A DNA stretch of 64,000 nucleotides from Lingula anatina (Eukaryota > Animalia > Brachiopoda): assembly GCA_051362555.1 (NCBI GenBank), contig CM120640.1, positions 38,418,788 through 38,482,787 on the forward strand. The letters are read 5' to 3'. Each line of letters opens with the position of its first letter. The stretch's first letter is position 1. The notes under the pieces are model-generated. The model did not search any database. It worked only from the letters and a program-made list of their open reading frames with translations, and was not told the origin of the DNA. Below, piece after piece: positions 13,673-33,372 of this stretch. The position numbers and the translations under genes are program-made.

Positions 13673-14510
13673 TCACAATTTTGACTTGGTGCTGCTAGGG
13701 TTAATGAATGGCTTCACTAATGGAAACAATGGGAGCTCCTGCTTGAAGTCGCAAACATCACAAATAAGGATGGGCTGAAAAAATAGAACAGAGACTCAAG
13801 TTTTTCAATTCATTAGTATTGTGTGATTTGATTATATAATGTTTTACAACACTGACACAGAATCAGTTGCAAATAAACATCAAAATTCAAGAATGAAAAT
13901 GGAGGCCCACAATGGCAATGAATTCTGTTCAAGAAAAACTTGCTAAAAAACAAGTAATGCAACCTACTTTTTTCTCAATTAACCAAATATATGATCAAAA
14001 TCTCTTATTTTTTTTATGAATGTTTCACACTCTGCAAGAAACTCATGTATTTAATAAATATACTTTGACTTGTCAATTTTTAGCATTTTCTCTCCTTAAA
14101 AATGGATAAATCAAAAGTAGATATTTTGATAAGAAAGAAATGACTTACCTCAGCTACTTTGATTTCATCAGTTGTGTTAGAATCTTCTTTTGCATTTTCC
14201 GGAGTTGCCATGTTCAGTGATGCTATTTCTTTCACCACTTCATCAGATACCTCGTCTCCACTGCCTGTCTTTTTAGCAGTGGATACCACATGTACTGATA
14301 CCTTGTGCCGTTTTGGAGCCTCTGGTGATATCAATTCCTATTTGAATAACAGAACAACATCGTGAACACATTTAAGTGGTGGTGATGCACTGTAACTCCC
14401 TTGAGAGTGAGTGAGTGCTTAAACTTATTCAATTGCTAATCTAACTTCTTGGGGCTCAACTCCCCCCTCCCCCCCAAAGAAATTATCAATTATCAATTTT
14501 AAATCAACTT

Positions 14511-14541
<31 letters not shown>

Positions 14542-17500
14542 AGCCTCAAGAACTTAAAGTTTTACTATCATAACAATACAACCAATACTGAACAAAGTCA
14601 CAAATAATTTTTTACCTTATAGAATTGCATAACATCATCCTTGGTGAGAGTTCTTAGGTGGGCTGCTTCAATTTCATCTAGAAATTATTGTAAGAGATAC
14701 ACAGCATAATGAAAGAACTGCAAAAAGAGGTGGATCCTGTATGCAATAAACAACATGAACCATTATTCAAGCAACATTTCTAATTGTGTATTGCTTCAAC
14801 TCCCAAAAGAAAAATCCTTTTTATTTCTTACTGACCATCTCATGAAGAAGACAGAATAGGTATTTGCAAATATTACTTCATGTCTCATGTCTTATTCTAA
14901 TATAAAACTTCAAGGACAATGACTGAGAGAATGGAATCAACATTTTCTAACAAACCTCTGTCAAAGTTATATTGCTTGCAGTTGATTTCAGACCATAATT
15001 TTCCATTCTGTGCTGACATTTTCTTTGGCTTTTCCAAACGTTTTTTTGCAAGTGCCTCTACATGTTTTTTAAATATATCATCAGTCATTTCCAGTATGTA
15101 GGACTGAAAAATTCAATATGGTTTAAGTGAAATGAAGTTTGACAACAATCCCTTTATACTTCAATAATCAAAACTGCCTAATCTATTTTTCTCCTTTTTT
15201 TCACCTCATATTTAAAAAACAGTAAACAATATCAAACACAAATGCACTAGGGCAATAGATGCCACGCATAAATAAATAATGCATTGAACATTTAGACATT
15301 CCCATATACTGGGAAGATTCACAGTGAAAAGAAATGCCTTCTTGCCTCCATTTTCTTTAGAAATGCCTCCGTTCTGCTCTCCACATACTCTGGACTCCTG
15401 TCTGACTGCACTATGATTCTCAGTCCTTGTACACCGCTATTTCTACGTATACCACTAAACACAATGTAACCTGTAACATATTAATATATCCTACTCATAA
15501 ATTGAGCACTAGTCTTACAACATATGTGTGTCACCCCCCACTTCTTTGAACCCGTTTCTTTCCTGATGATAAGAACGATAAGAATTATTTACTGTATGTA
15601 AGAGTGATGTATTTGCAGCCCTGTGCAAAAACTAGCTACTATATTTAACCAACATTTCTTTGGCAAAGTTCAACAAATGGCCCCAAATATGCTTGCCAGC
15701 AGCATTGGACACCTGGTCTATGACTCGGTAATTGAGGAATGTACATACTTTGTACACATATTATGGATCAAATTGATTTCTTGGTTAATTTCAGTGTTTC
15801 GTCCTGCATTTAACATCACTAGCTTTGCCTATTTAGCCAATTTTGAGATAAACTAATCATACCTAGCTGTTCTTGTGTTCGTAGTATATTAAAACAGGGT
15901 TCACTGATGATCTGACAGAATAATTCCAACAGAACATTACTGTGAGTTTCCTGTAGGTTACACTGGTAATAAACCTCTATGGAAGAACTCTTGTGTACGT
16001 CATTGGTGGACTTGTATAAATAGGAACAACCTGCATATAAGGATAATGTATTACATATGTATTAAACATTGCTAACTCAAAATAACTGTGATAATTCTGT
16101 AACACTGACAGTAGAACTTAAAGTGAGTCATTCATGAAATCACCATGGAAGAGGAGATCAAAGTTTTAAAGAGATTTATTATTCTCACATCCAGAATTCT
16201 ACCCCAGTTTTGAATAGCTACATTTGTCTTAGAAACCATTAGTTACCATCAGGGAGCTGCACCTCTCTCCAACGTTTCTTTTGACTTGGTGCTAGTGGTT
16301 TCGTATCACAGTTTTCCTTCAGCATGTTCTGGATGATATCTAGGACCTCTTCAGCTCTCTTAAAAACATTAATTAGTAGTACTTTAGTGCCTTTATATAC
16401 AGTTATCTTTAAAAAAATTCAATTTAAAAATAAACTTGCATTCAACAATTCTGTGCTATTGAAAGTCACCAGCGAAATTTGTATATTGTCTTTTACCTGT
16501 CTCGTGACATTTCCATACACAAGACCTTCAATATTTAGTCTTGAAAGGAACTGTGGTATCATAGCCGTAAGTCTCTCCACAGTTATATCTGAAATTTCAA
16601 ATAAGCAATGAGAAGTTGTTTGACAATCAAAATTGTTGGAAACAAATCCCAGATTAACCTTTTAGAGCGTATTCAGTTAAGAGTTATGTTTTCTTGATAT
16701 AGCCTTTTTAAATCACTCACCTTCGAGAGCATCTAATAGTTCCTCCTTTGTCCACATCTGTTCACTAGTAACCAGATTTGTGTAATACACTGCATGTTGA
16801 TGAGGTTGCTCTGCTCGGAAATTTTCTAGACTTCTTTTATACTATACAAACATATAGAAAAGAAAACTGTGTCATTTGTGATTTCATCTTGATACATTAA
16901 TTCAATGAAAGGCAAGACTGATAGAAAATCAAGAATAGCTTTTCAAAAGTCATTTTTGCTTAGAATTAATTGGTCATGAGTCAAAATCACATTGATTTGA
17001 TTTGATAAAATTTCAGTCCTCCATTTGATTCCATCCTCATTTGTATCATGGATTTTTCATTGTCAGATCCAATATCTATATCAAAGAGATTAAACCATTT
17101 TTTCAAATATTTTGAACACCTGAATAAGTGATTCTGTTCACTTATGGGGATACTTACAGCTTCTTTGAAGATTTCAAATCTCTTTGGATCTGGCTTAAAT
17201 GTGGTCATTTTTTCCATCACCTTCTTCAGCAGTATTGGTTGTTTATCACTATATCCACGGATACCGAGCTAAAATGAGGAGAAAATTTGTCTTTTACTCA
17301 ACAATTAAGCTTTACCAAAGAGGTATATCTTTCCTTGCACATTGCTATCTCAATCTGCATTTGCACAGACTACTTCATATGGCTAGCTTTTATAACATTT
17401 AGAACACTTTCAAGTCTTAAAAGACCTGTGCATTTCTCAATTAACCTATTCAGATTGATACCTGCATAAAGTATACAAGTTGTATTATAAATGACTTACA

Positions 17501-20500
17501 TATATTCCATACACAGTTCCCAAGAGAGAATACCCAAGGCCTGCTAGCTCAGCATCATAGGCGTACTCATTCAATGCATCTCTAAATAGGTCACAGAACA
17601 TTGCATTTAAGTTGGTGTGTAGTGGATCCATGTATGCCAAGGGACTAAAACAAAGGTGGAGATAAATAATGAATACTTTGCAATGTAATTTTTCCATGCA
17701 TTCTAAGTAGTGGATACTCTGCTATAGCATCGGCAGTTATTACTTATTTCATTATAAAAAATATATAAAGCACTGCCTCACCAATCCCTCTCAATATTTT
17801 AATAATCATGATGAAAGTAAAAATCAACATTCTATGTCATGGCTTGATTCTATGGAACTTCTGAAATCAGTAATTTGGATGTTAACTTCAAATGGAAAAA
17901 ATCTTCAAACCATGATTAACAGGACTTAACTTACCTGTTAAGTTCAAAGGCATAATATGCCTTTGGTAGCAGAAAAGTGTCATCTTGCTTGAACCACAAC
18001 CGGCTAAGAGGAGTCTCCACAATTACCTGTGGGCTAGAAGTTGCCTTAGACAAAGGAAAACTCACGAATTATTACTTTAATTTGTGACTGGGAATACATT
18101 TTTTTAAAAAGATCAAATCATATAGACATTTTTCTAATGATGAGATGTGCAAATCTGATTGCCTGCTTCCAGGTATTGTATCTCGAGGTGTATAAAATGT
18201 GGACTTTTTATGTATATATTTTAGTCTATATTAAAACACATCAGAAAATTTCTACTTAATCTTTGCCTTAATATAAATCCTACATTATTTAGTCAAATCA
18301 GCTTCAAAATTTACAAAGTAAACTTACTTCTTTTTCTCTTGGAACAATATTAAAATCTGTGGCAATGAACTGATTCTTTTGCGGCAGCTTCAAGTTCTCG
18401 TGATAATCTACATTTTCCCACATCTGAAAAAGAGGGTTCATATTCAATTTTACATGGTATAACAAGACTGTCTAACAGGCTATTAATATGTATCAGGCAT
18501 ATGCTTATCATGAAGATTCTTAACTACAATGTCCTTTTGGGATCTTAAAACTGGCCCCATGCCAATAAAATTGTGTAAATTTGTTCAGCAGTTACTGGCC
18601 TGTATTTCTGCTTTCAGATAACACATACTTATAATTAGACTCTAGTGTGCTCAATGACCTGCAGGCAATAATGTTTTTATGCACAGGCAGTCTTTATAGC
18701 TAGACTTAGGATGCCTGACTGTCAAAAAAAAAAAAAAAACAGTAATAATCATATGGAAACCCATGGACAAACGCTACCTGTATCAGCTCTCCTGGTATCT
18801 TCTCAACACAATAGGCAGTGCCATACCACTTCTCTTTCTGCTCTGCAATACCCTCAAATTGTTTACCAACAACACCAACCCTAAAAAAACAACAGGATTT
18901 ACTAACTGTCTTAAAAATTAGGATTATCATCTTTAGTACACAGTTTATCTCAATGTTTCAAGACATTAGCTCTATAAATAAAAAAAGACTAGCACAGATG
19001 GTAACTGGAGGCAAACACTAAAACACTAGTATGATAAATGCAGATTCTAAATTTTGTTATGATACATGGTAATTATAATCACATTTTAAAAATAACAATA
19101 AAAGTTGGTAGTCAATTAGTATTATCATCTTATCTAAATTTTTGTATGTTTGTGATTGTGGCAATCTGATAATAGGTATACAGAGTTTTATCCAACAATT
19201 TTCACTTAGAAAACACTTCTTAAGTAATCTTTCCTACCGAATCTTTTCTGGTGTAAGCATATCCAGCACCAAGCTGATCAAGTCTGGTCGGTAATCTGTC
19301 AAATGATAGCCATGACTCAAGGCTTCTTCAAGGGGATATTCCTAAAAAAAAATAAAGATTAAGAAAAATAACAGTTTGGATAAGTAGATGAAACATGCAA
19401 ACTATAATACTCCACCTCATGCAGACAATGCACACAAGAAGCTTATGCAAAGCTGGGCAGATAGCTGTTACACATAAATAAGATATAAAGTGAATCATAT
19501 ATTGTTTGAAACATAAAAGGCCACAAACAGTTTATGATTGTGGGAAAAGCCAAATGAAAGGAATACAGTTATATGTACAATGCCCTAATAATAAAAAGGT
19601 TTAACATTCAAAATGCAGGAATGGCCAACACAAATACTTACATGTAGTATTTTAGCTAGACGACAGGCATATGCTCTTGGCGGGCTTTTATCTTGAAATC
19701 TGAACCTTATCTTTTTAAGCTCCTGTAAACACAGAAGACACATTGAGTATATAATGTGCCAACGAAAAACATGAATAAATACTTACATGAAGCACTGAGG
19801 CTACTTGGCAAGCATATCCCTGAGGCCTCTCTTTGTCCTTAAACCTAAACTGCATATGACTCAAATCCTGAAATTAACAAATAGAAAAGAAGCTGGATGC
19901 TTGCTGACTTTTGTTAACTAGTACCTAGTCTTCCTCATTTTACTGCTACCTAGAACAGAATTATTACTCCTAAAAAATTAATATAACACGAAAAGTTAAA
20001 GAACTGCAATAGAATTTGATGTACATTTTATATATAAACAGTACCAGTACATCATTTCTACAGCCTGTAAAAGCAGGCACACATAAAACTGACAATTATC
20101 AAGGATTTTAGTGGCACTAGGAAATTCATTTACAATTTCATTCTGTATAGAAATTGAGAAAGATCCAAACTAAGTTTATTATCTCACCATGTTCAAAAAA
20201 CCAAATGTTCTCACCATGTTCAAATAACAAATGTAATATTACCAGGTACAAGGACATAACAGGATACATGCATACACATATATACATATAAAAGATGCTG
20301 GTTATGCAAAAAGACCAAGCCTGAAACCCCTATACCATCCCAACCCACCCAACCAAAATTAATACCCTAGATATCTTAATATTGAGAATACATACAGTAT
20401 GAAACAAAAACTAAAATAATAAACAAATCAATAAAAAACATTGGTTTTACCTGAAGCTCTTTGAAGATCCATTCCTGAGGTCCCTCTCTCTTCAGCATCT

Positions 20501-23500
20501 TTATGTATTGAAATACTAAAGTAATGATGTCATCTACATGTTCTGTAAAAGGAAAATTAGAAGAAAGATATTCTTTTAGTCCAATTTACATGCACAAAAC
20601 CATTTCTTCAAACAGCACTTACAAATATCAAGATGCAAAATATCCCTATTTCGATTCACAGTGCCGTTATTTTTTCTTTAAAAAAGTATAAGTAGGATTG
20701 CTCCATGTGGACAAGAAATTAAATATAAAGATCAAGATAAAGGTACATTTTATATTACCTATTCCTTCTTCAGTGAGGTCGACACTGACATGGAAAAACA
20801 TGAACCCTTTGGCCCCTCCTGACTGCCCTCCAACCAATGTATTAACCCATCCTGTGAACATAACCCATTAGCAAATAATTAACATACTTCATCAAATTCT
20901 AGATACATTAATAAATGCATTTCATCAAGTGTAAACAGAAAAAAATGTTATTCATTTCAAACAATTACAACTTTACAGTTGAATCTTTTGACTGTCAAAG
21001 GGGGAATAATTACAATATATTTTATTAATTAACCTAATGATCAACATGTCTTTCATTTTGACTGAATTCATTTATATGACATACCCTTTGCCTTCAACTC
21101 TGACAAGAGACTCCCTGGTCCTTCATGACCTATCAGATGGCCTAGGTAGTGTCCAGGCTAAACAACATAAAATAAGGCTTTAATAACACTGAATTCAAAG
21201 GAGTTCATATGCTGTCTACCCTGGACTTGTTCAAAATAAACTTTGAATAACCTAATATAACTAAATTCAAATGACCATTAAAATAAAGCTATCAATTTTG
21301 TTACAAGATCCACACAGACCACACAATTTGTTCTATATTTTTTTTTTCATCTTTCTACATCAACCTATTTCTACCTTTCGCAGTAAGGGTACTGTTGTGT
21401 CTTTATACTTACATTGGATTTGTAATGCTCCTGTAAATCAGGAATAGGCCAAAGTATACTCAAATTCCTTATATCTTTTACTGGTACAACAAATGCCTTC
21501 ACCTAGAATAGAAATGTACATTAAAACAGTTAACTTAATATTTCACATTATAAATCATTAATTCCAAGTTCACAGCCCCATTGTAATAGTATTAATGTAA
21601 TCTAAACAGCAAGTCCTTATATCGTGTTTTGTGATGAACTATGGAGCTTAACAAGGTGGAACATGGCCTGCCATTCAAATCATAATATCAATATTACAAT
21701 CAGGCATAGTTTTAACACTACATACTGGTATGTAAAATCCACAGTAAAACTAACTCATCTAATGTAATGGCATAACTATTTCAAAAAATAAATAATACCT
21801 GCAACTGTTCTGGACCATAGGGAGATTCAGGCCACTCAGGGATAGCCACTTCTTTATTCTCCACATTACTAAAGAGGTCCAATACCATTTCTTGAAGCTC
21901 ATCTAGGGACTCTGTAAGTAAGATTTACAAGGAATAGAAGTTGTGTATCTAATAACTGATTAAACCAATGTCACTGATCAAGCAATGGACTATGGACTTT
22001 CTTCCTTAAAAATACCTTTAACAATAACTTACTAAAAACGTGACTACATTAATCACAATTGATGCACTACCAACCTTTTCCTAAAACAGACAAACCCATG
22101 ATGTTGGCAGAGTAAAATTTTGAATGGAACTTCAACAACTCGTCCCTGGTATTAATTCCAAGTTCCTTTGGTCTTGTTTCCAGTGTATATTTGTTGCCTT
22201 TGTTGTTGTGAAAAAAAAATTAAACAGAATTTATTTGAATATCAAACTAATATCAGACTAATTTTCAAACTGTAAAAAATCAACAAAATATTCAGTATCA
22301 ACATACTTAAGCAGATCATACAAGTTTGTATATATGCATACAAAATCAGCTCCTTACCTGTTCCAAATTTGCTAAAAGGATGTTTAGGATTGGCAGTGGC
22401 CTTTTCCAACTGATTGAACCGCCATGCATCATTGGGAATGTTTTTATCATTCTCTGAATTCACTGCATTCACTTCTCTTTCTGTAGCACTGGCTGTAAAC
22501 AGGGGGCAAAGAAAAAACTGGGCAAACCTAAAACAAAGATACTATATTATATTTCAACATTGAGAACTATCAAGAATAAAACATTCTCACTTTTGTTACA
22601 AATAATCTCAATCTCTAGTTATTGTGATAATTATCATGATAACAAGCCTCCATGAAGATATTTCAGGTGTGCTTGTTGGACAAAATTATTTACACTTTTC
22701 AACTGACTTCAGACTGAAATAAATAAATAAATCACTTTGTTTTTGACTACAATTATTGAGAGAATGAGAGCCCACTGCTGCATAGCCACAAAATATAGGG
22801 GCAGTCTCACCTGTCCATAGCTCCCTTCAGGTGTTCTGGTGCAACATCAAAGAAGTAGTTGGTGTGTTCTGCACTGGTGAAAGCATTGGAACTACCACCA
22901 TGCTCACTCAAGAACTAGAAATAGGATAAGTCAGTAGGATATGGATAAGTCAATAGTGTAGCTATATTATCCATGTTTTGGGCAATAAAAATCTTTCATC
23001 ATGTAGAATAAAGAGGTATGCTTTTACTTAATGACAGCAAAGTGTTTATGTCTGGGAAGCAAAATACTGAGATGTTCAGCTTGAAAAATATAAATTAAAT
23101 ACACTACCTTGTTATATTCATTCTCGGATGGATACTGAAACATAAGAAATTTACAATAATATAAGACGTTTACAATAAATGTGACATCTTAACAACAGAT
23201 AAAATTTAAATTTTCATATCAAAACCAGTGTAACTAAGATTCCATAATGCTGACTGCAAGTTTTCACTTCACTCATTTTTCTATTTTTGATATTAGATTA
23301 TCTAAATACTTTACCTTCTCAGTCCCAAGGAACAGCATATGCTCACAGAAATGAGCCAAACCAGGAAGGTTATCAGGATCTGACATGTGCCCTGTGTTAA
23401 AAAAATACAAATTTGTAAAATGCTAACAATATAAGAAACTAGAGGATCAGAGAGGCGATACCGCCTCTGGATATTGTACCACCAGCTGGAGTAAGCACAT

Positions 23501-23594
23501 TCAGATGGAAAGCCAAAAAAAAAAGACACCACCACCACCAGTCTTGTGCTTGACAGGATCTAAGAAATGCAATAAACAAGAGTTCTCAAAATAT

Positions 23595-23627
<33 letters not shown>

Positions 23628-26366
23628 GTAAAAATGGTCCAATCAAGCGGTTTTTCCAATTGACCTGTATTTTCCTAACAATGATCACTCCTGTGATTTT
23701 CTAGACAATAGGCCTATTGGTTTTACTTGAAATGTGTTATCAGTGTTGCATATATGCTGACAAAAGAGGAAACACTGGGCATATCTGTGCTAGTTTTGAA
23801 GATATGAGGGGCAAGAAAATATGCAAAGTTCAGTTCAAGGTGAACAGTAGGTCAAAGGTCAATTTCAAGGTCACAGTTTATGACTTCCTATTCAAGTTAA
23901 AAAGTAACTATGGGCATTTCTTTGCCAATTTTGGAGATATAAAGGCCAGAAAACATGCAAAGTTCAGTTCATGGAGAAAAGTAGGTCAGTGGTCAATTTA
24001 AAGGTCACAGTAAGATTGCCAGTACATGACTTCCTACTCAAGTTCAACAGTAGCTATGGGCATATCTTTGCCAGTTTAAGAGATATTAGGGCTGGAAAAT
24101 TTGCAAAGTTCAGTTCATGGTGAAAAGTAGGTCAGGGGTCAATTTCAGGATCACAGTTAGATTGCCAGTATATGACTTCCTATTCAAGTTCAACAGTAAC
24201 TATCGGCATATCTTTGCCAGTTTTGGAGATATAAAAATCAGAAAACTTGCAAAGTGCAGTTCATCATGAAAAGTAGGTCAAAGGTCAATTTCAAGGTCAC
24301 AGTTAGATTACAAGAATATGACTTCCTATTCAAGTTCAACAGTAACTATGGGCGTATCTCTGCTAATTTTGTAGTATTTCACTTTTTATTTTCACCACTA
24401 AATATTAGATGTTGAACTTTTCGATAAAGTGCAATGCCTAAGCAGTATCGAAAACAAATAACGGACACCACCTTCAGTGTTGCGCTTGATAAGCTCTACA
24501 AAATGCAAAAAACAAGAGGTCTCTAGCTTTAACAGTTCCAGAATTGGAGAGTTTTCAGTTTCGGCATTTAATGGCCGCTGCTCCCGTGAAAATGTACCGA
24601 TTGACCCCAAACTCACGAAGATGAAAGAAAACCCTAAGGGTAACACCTGTCCATAATATTATAAGTTAGATCTGTGAAGTTTCTGAAACTTGGCATAAAA
24701 TAATAATTTTTTTGCAAAAAATTCCCATTGTTAGAAAATTTTGGCCCGTTTGACCTTGAAATAAAGGTCAAAGGTCAAATCCAAGGGCATATTTGAAATC
24801 TCCACATATGACTTTCGGTCAGCCATCTGTAGAAATTTTTCCCATAATTCCTTCGGTATTGGAGATATTTAGCATTGAATTTTCAAAAATTTTGACAAGG
24901 GTGCGTTACAATGAGCGCCACGCCCAGGCCAATGCACCGACTGAGACAAAAAAACCAGGGTGTTCAAGTTGAGATTATATGTGACCTAAATCCAAGAGAT
25001 GGGGACATAGGTCCTTGCGGTCTAGAAGGAGAAGCGGTAACGGTGACTTGTATCCAACGCCATCCTGCGGAGCCGCAGGAGCCGCATGAGCCGCAGGAGC
25101 CGCAGGAGCCGGCGGAGCTGTACGAGACGGGTCGGGACTAAAACCATGAGTACCGCCAGCGTACACGCTGGTGGTACTAATTAAGAAATTTGAATAAAAG
25201 TTTACCAAGATTTATTGATAAGACAGTCAATATTATGAATATTATGAGGATGACACATAAGTCTGACCTCTTGCAGCTATTCAGCCCTCCATAAATCCAT
25301 CTTTACAATGCACTTCTTTTAGAATAAGCTTTTTTTATTCTCTTCAGAATGCAAAATAAATGCATCCCTGATTTCCTATGCAAGTAAAGATGAAATGAAC
25401 ATTTTAGGGAGTGGGAGGGAGGGTTGAAACAAAAACTTTACTGACCAACATGTACATCCATTGCAGCAGCTGATTTGTCCGTAGTCTCATCACTAATCAG
25501 CAGTACTTTCATTCCATTGGTCAGCTCCAGACCTCTATACAGTCTCTTGTCTTCTTCTGATTGAATAACATCATTGCAGACATTCTTTACACTGACAGTG
25601 GACATTGTGTATGCTGGCTGTATGAATACTCTGAAAATAAATAGGACATTCAATCCATGCAATGCATTACCAGTTTAGCACAGTGTTAAACTAAAAAACA
25701 CAATAGCCAATGAAGTGCTTTACCATGGCACAGGATTTTTGAAAACAACTGAATTTTACCTTACTCTCAGCTCTGTTGACAGCAAAACTGGCTGTGAACT
25801 AATTCAGGAGAGGTATGATAAAACATTGAGAGTCCATGCAACTTGGTGCATGGATGGGCAAGCTGGCCATTATACCTTCCATTCGTTAGCAAATTATGTA
25901 AAAGAGTGCTAATGCAAGAATTTTCAAACTACTTAAGGAGGAAAGAGGTAAGCAGAAGATTTGAGAGAAGTCATGCCAGCGAAATACGTTGCTAATCATG
26001 GGTGCTAACAAATGGATTTCCATGCATATTAAGTGGCATGATGTCTAAAAAACGTTTGCGTGTTCATTTTGAAAGCGAAAAAGCTTGTAACTTGCACTTT
26101 TCCTCCAGTCCTCTGCACAAAAGTGTGCCATGGATCCAAATTTTGGCCTAAAGTGACAGGAACATATAAGCAATGTCATGATCATGAAATGGATTACGTA
26201 CAACCCCAAAGAAGAATTCTTAAAAGAAAATTGTACAAGCTAAAAGTATCATTTTTCAAAACATAAGACTTAAGTAACATTTGTGCAAGTCATCAGCTTA
26301 CCTTGATATAACTAAACCCGACAAACGACCACTTAGTGCAGCACGTAATCTTAAACAGCTTTGCAT
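13673..26366 (-). CDS. IDE: Insulin-degrading enzyme (M16A metallopeptidase), multi-exon
   Basis: Exon translations include [37 protein letters not shown] (inverted HXXEH zinc motif, ~23315-23392), [12 protein letters not shown]...[37 protein letters not shown] and [13 protein letters not shown]. The last exon is [17 protein letters not shown] (stop 13673-13675). Putative first coding exon 26302-26366. Confidence 0.95.
19642..19722 (-). CDS. IDE: IDE duplicated alternative exon B ([27 protein letters not shown])
   Basis: 81 nt, phase 0/0, with a TTTACAG acceptor and a GTAAGT donor; paralogous to 19787-19867. Confidence 0.75.
19787..19867 (-). CDS. IDE: IDE canonical exon A ([27 protein letters not shown])
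   Basis: 81 nt, phase 0/0, TTTCAG acceptor, GTAAGT donor; resembles the vertebrate [12 protein letters not shown] segment. Confidence 0.85.
23437..25182 (-). mobile_element. HINE family B, second copy, in an IDE intron
   Basis: Same AACTAGAGGATCAGAGAGGCGATACC start and terminal GTACCGCCAGCG..CGCTGGTGGTAC hairpin. About 4 diverged 146-bp units (~23770-24370) and a (GGAGCCGCA)n microsatellite. Confidence 0.8.
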
Positions 26367-26460
26367 AGCTGCATTGTCATACGCAAACAAACAGGTCTCC
26401 TTTCCTGCCTTCATTTAGTAAAGAGTGCTCAACCAGGGCTTTTCTTGTACATACTACTGG

Positions 26461-26812
26461 TGATTTGTTGCAGTCTGTTTGTCTGTGGAGAGCATCACAC
26501 AAAAAGTAATGAACGAATTTTGATCAAATTTTCAGGATAGTCACAAATTGGCCAAGGAAGAAATGAATAGATTTTGGTGATGCTCCACTCATCAGTTAAT
26601 TAATTAATCAGTTAATTGAGTAATTGATTAAGTAGTTAATAGGTTTATTAGGTACAGATTTTGATGAATTTTTCAGGATAGCTCAGAAATGGGCCAAGGG
26701 ATAAATGATTAGATTTGGCAATGATCCATTAATACATTAAGTAATGGTAATTAATTGTCAATTGTTTGTCTCGGCAGAGGTTAGAATTCCCTCTTTGAGT
26801 GCTTTTCTAGTT
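26461..26812 (+). mobile_element. Short HINE/MITE-like element, family E (5'-eroded), just upstream of IDE
   Basis: GTCTGTTTGTCTG microsatellite remnant and two internal repeats (ttttcaggatag...gccaagg...agattttgg..atg). The 3' end GGCAGAGG...GAGTGCTTTTCTAGTT is the reverse complement of the start of 30771-30998. Confidence 0.6.
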
Positions 26813-27464
26813 CATCTTAGTTTTCACAGTTTACTTGACCACTGAATCTTGCACTAACATAAATGAAATGTTTTAGAAACTAGTGTACAGAAGTTATAAC
26901 TTATAAAAATTCATAAAAGCTACTTAATTTAAAATGGGGTTTCCAGTGGCAAAAGGTCTTGTTAAGACTTATAAATGGGATGGGAGGTGGACGATTTTTA
27001 ATTTCCAAATTTTGTAATAAACTATGATATGATGAAGATTTATTAAGGAATTTTAGACAGATTGTGTAATAAAAGTTCCAGCAGTTACAGGCATCATTCC
27101 CAACTTTGTCCAAGACCTTGTCACAAACAGTGATATGATAATTTATTTGTTTAATCATTTTTTTCACAGTTTGTATAATAAGAGTTCCAGCAGTAATAGG
27201 CATCTTACAATTATCTTGACCTTTAATCTTTTTGAATAATAATGTCTATAAGAATGCAAACACTTTTCCATAAAATGTTTATTCCTTTTATGGGCATATA
27301 ATTTTTCACTTCGTTAAAAGTTTTCAAAACTGCACCAGTAAGCATGCAGTACAGGTTTATGTTATTATCATAATTCTTTCAGAGTAGAGTCACGTGCATA
27401 TCGTGCGCATTGATAATTTTCCACCTCCATTTCACTAGACACTGCCTCTCTTTCGGGTTAGGGT

Positions 27465-33372
<5,908 letters not shown>

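Noticed and set aside
24911-25208. ORFs with EPQEPHEPQ / PAAPAA repeats
   Set aside because: These are translations of the 9-bp microsatellite in HINE family B.
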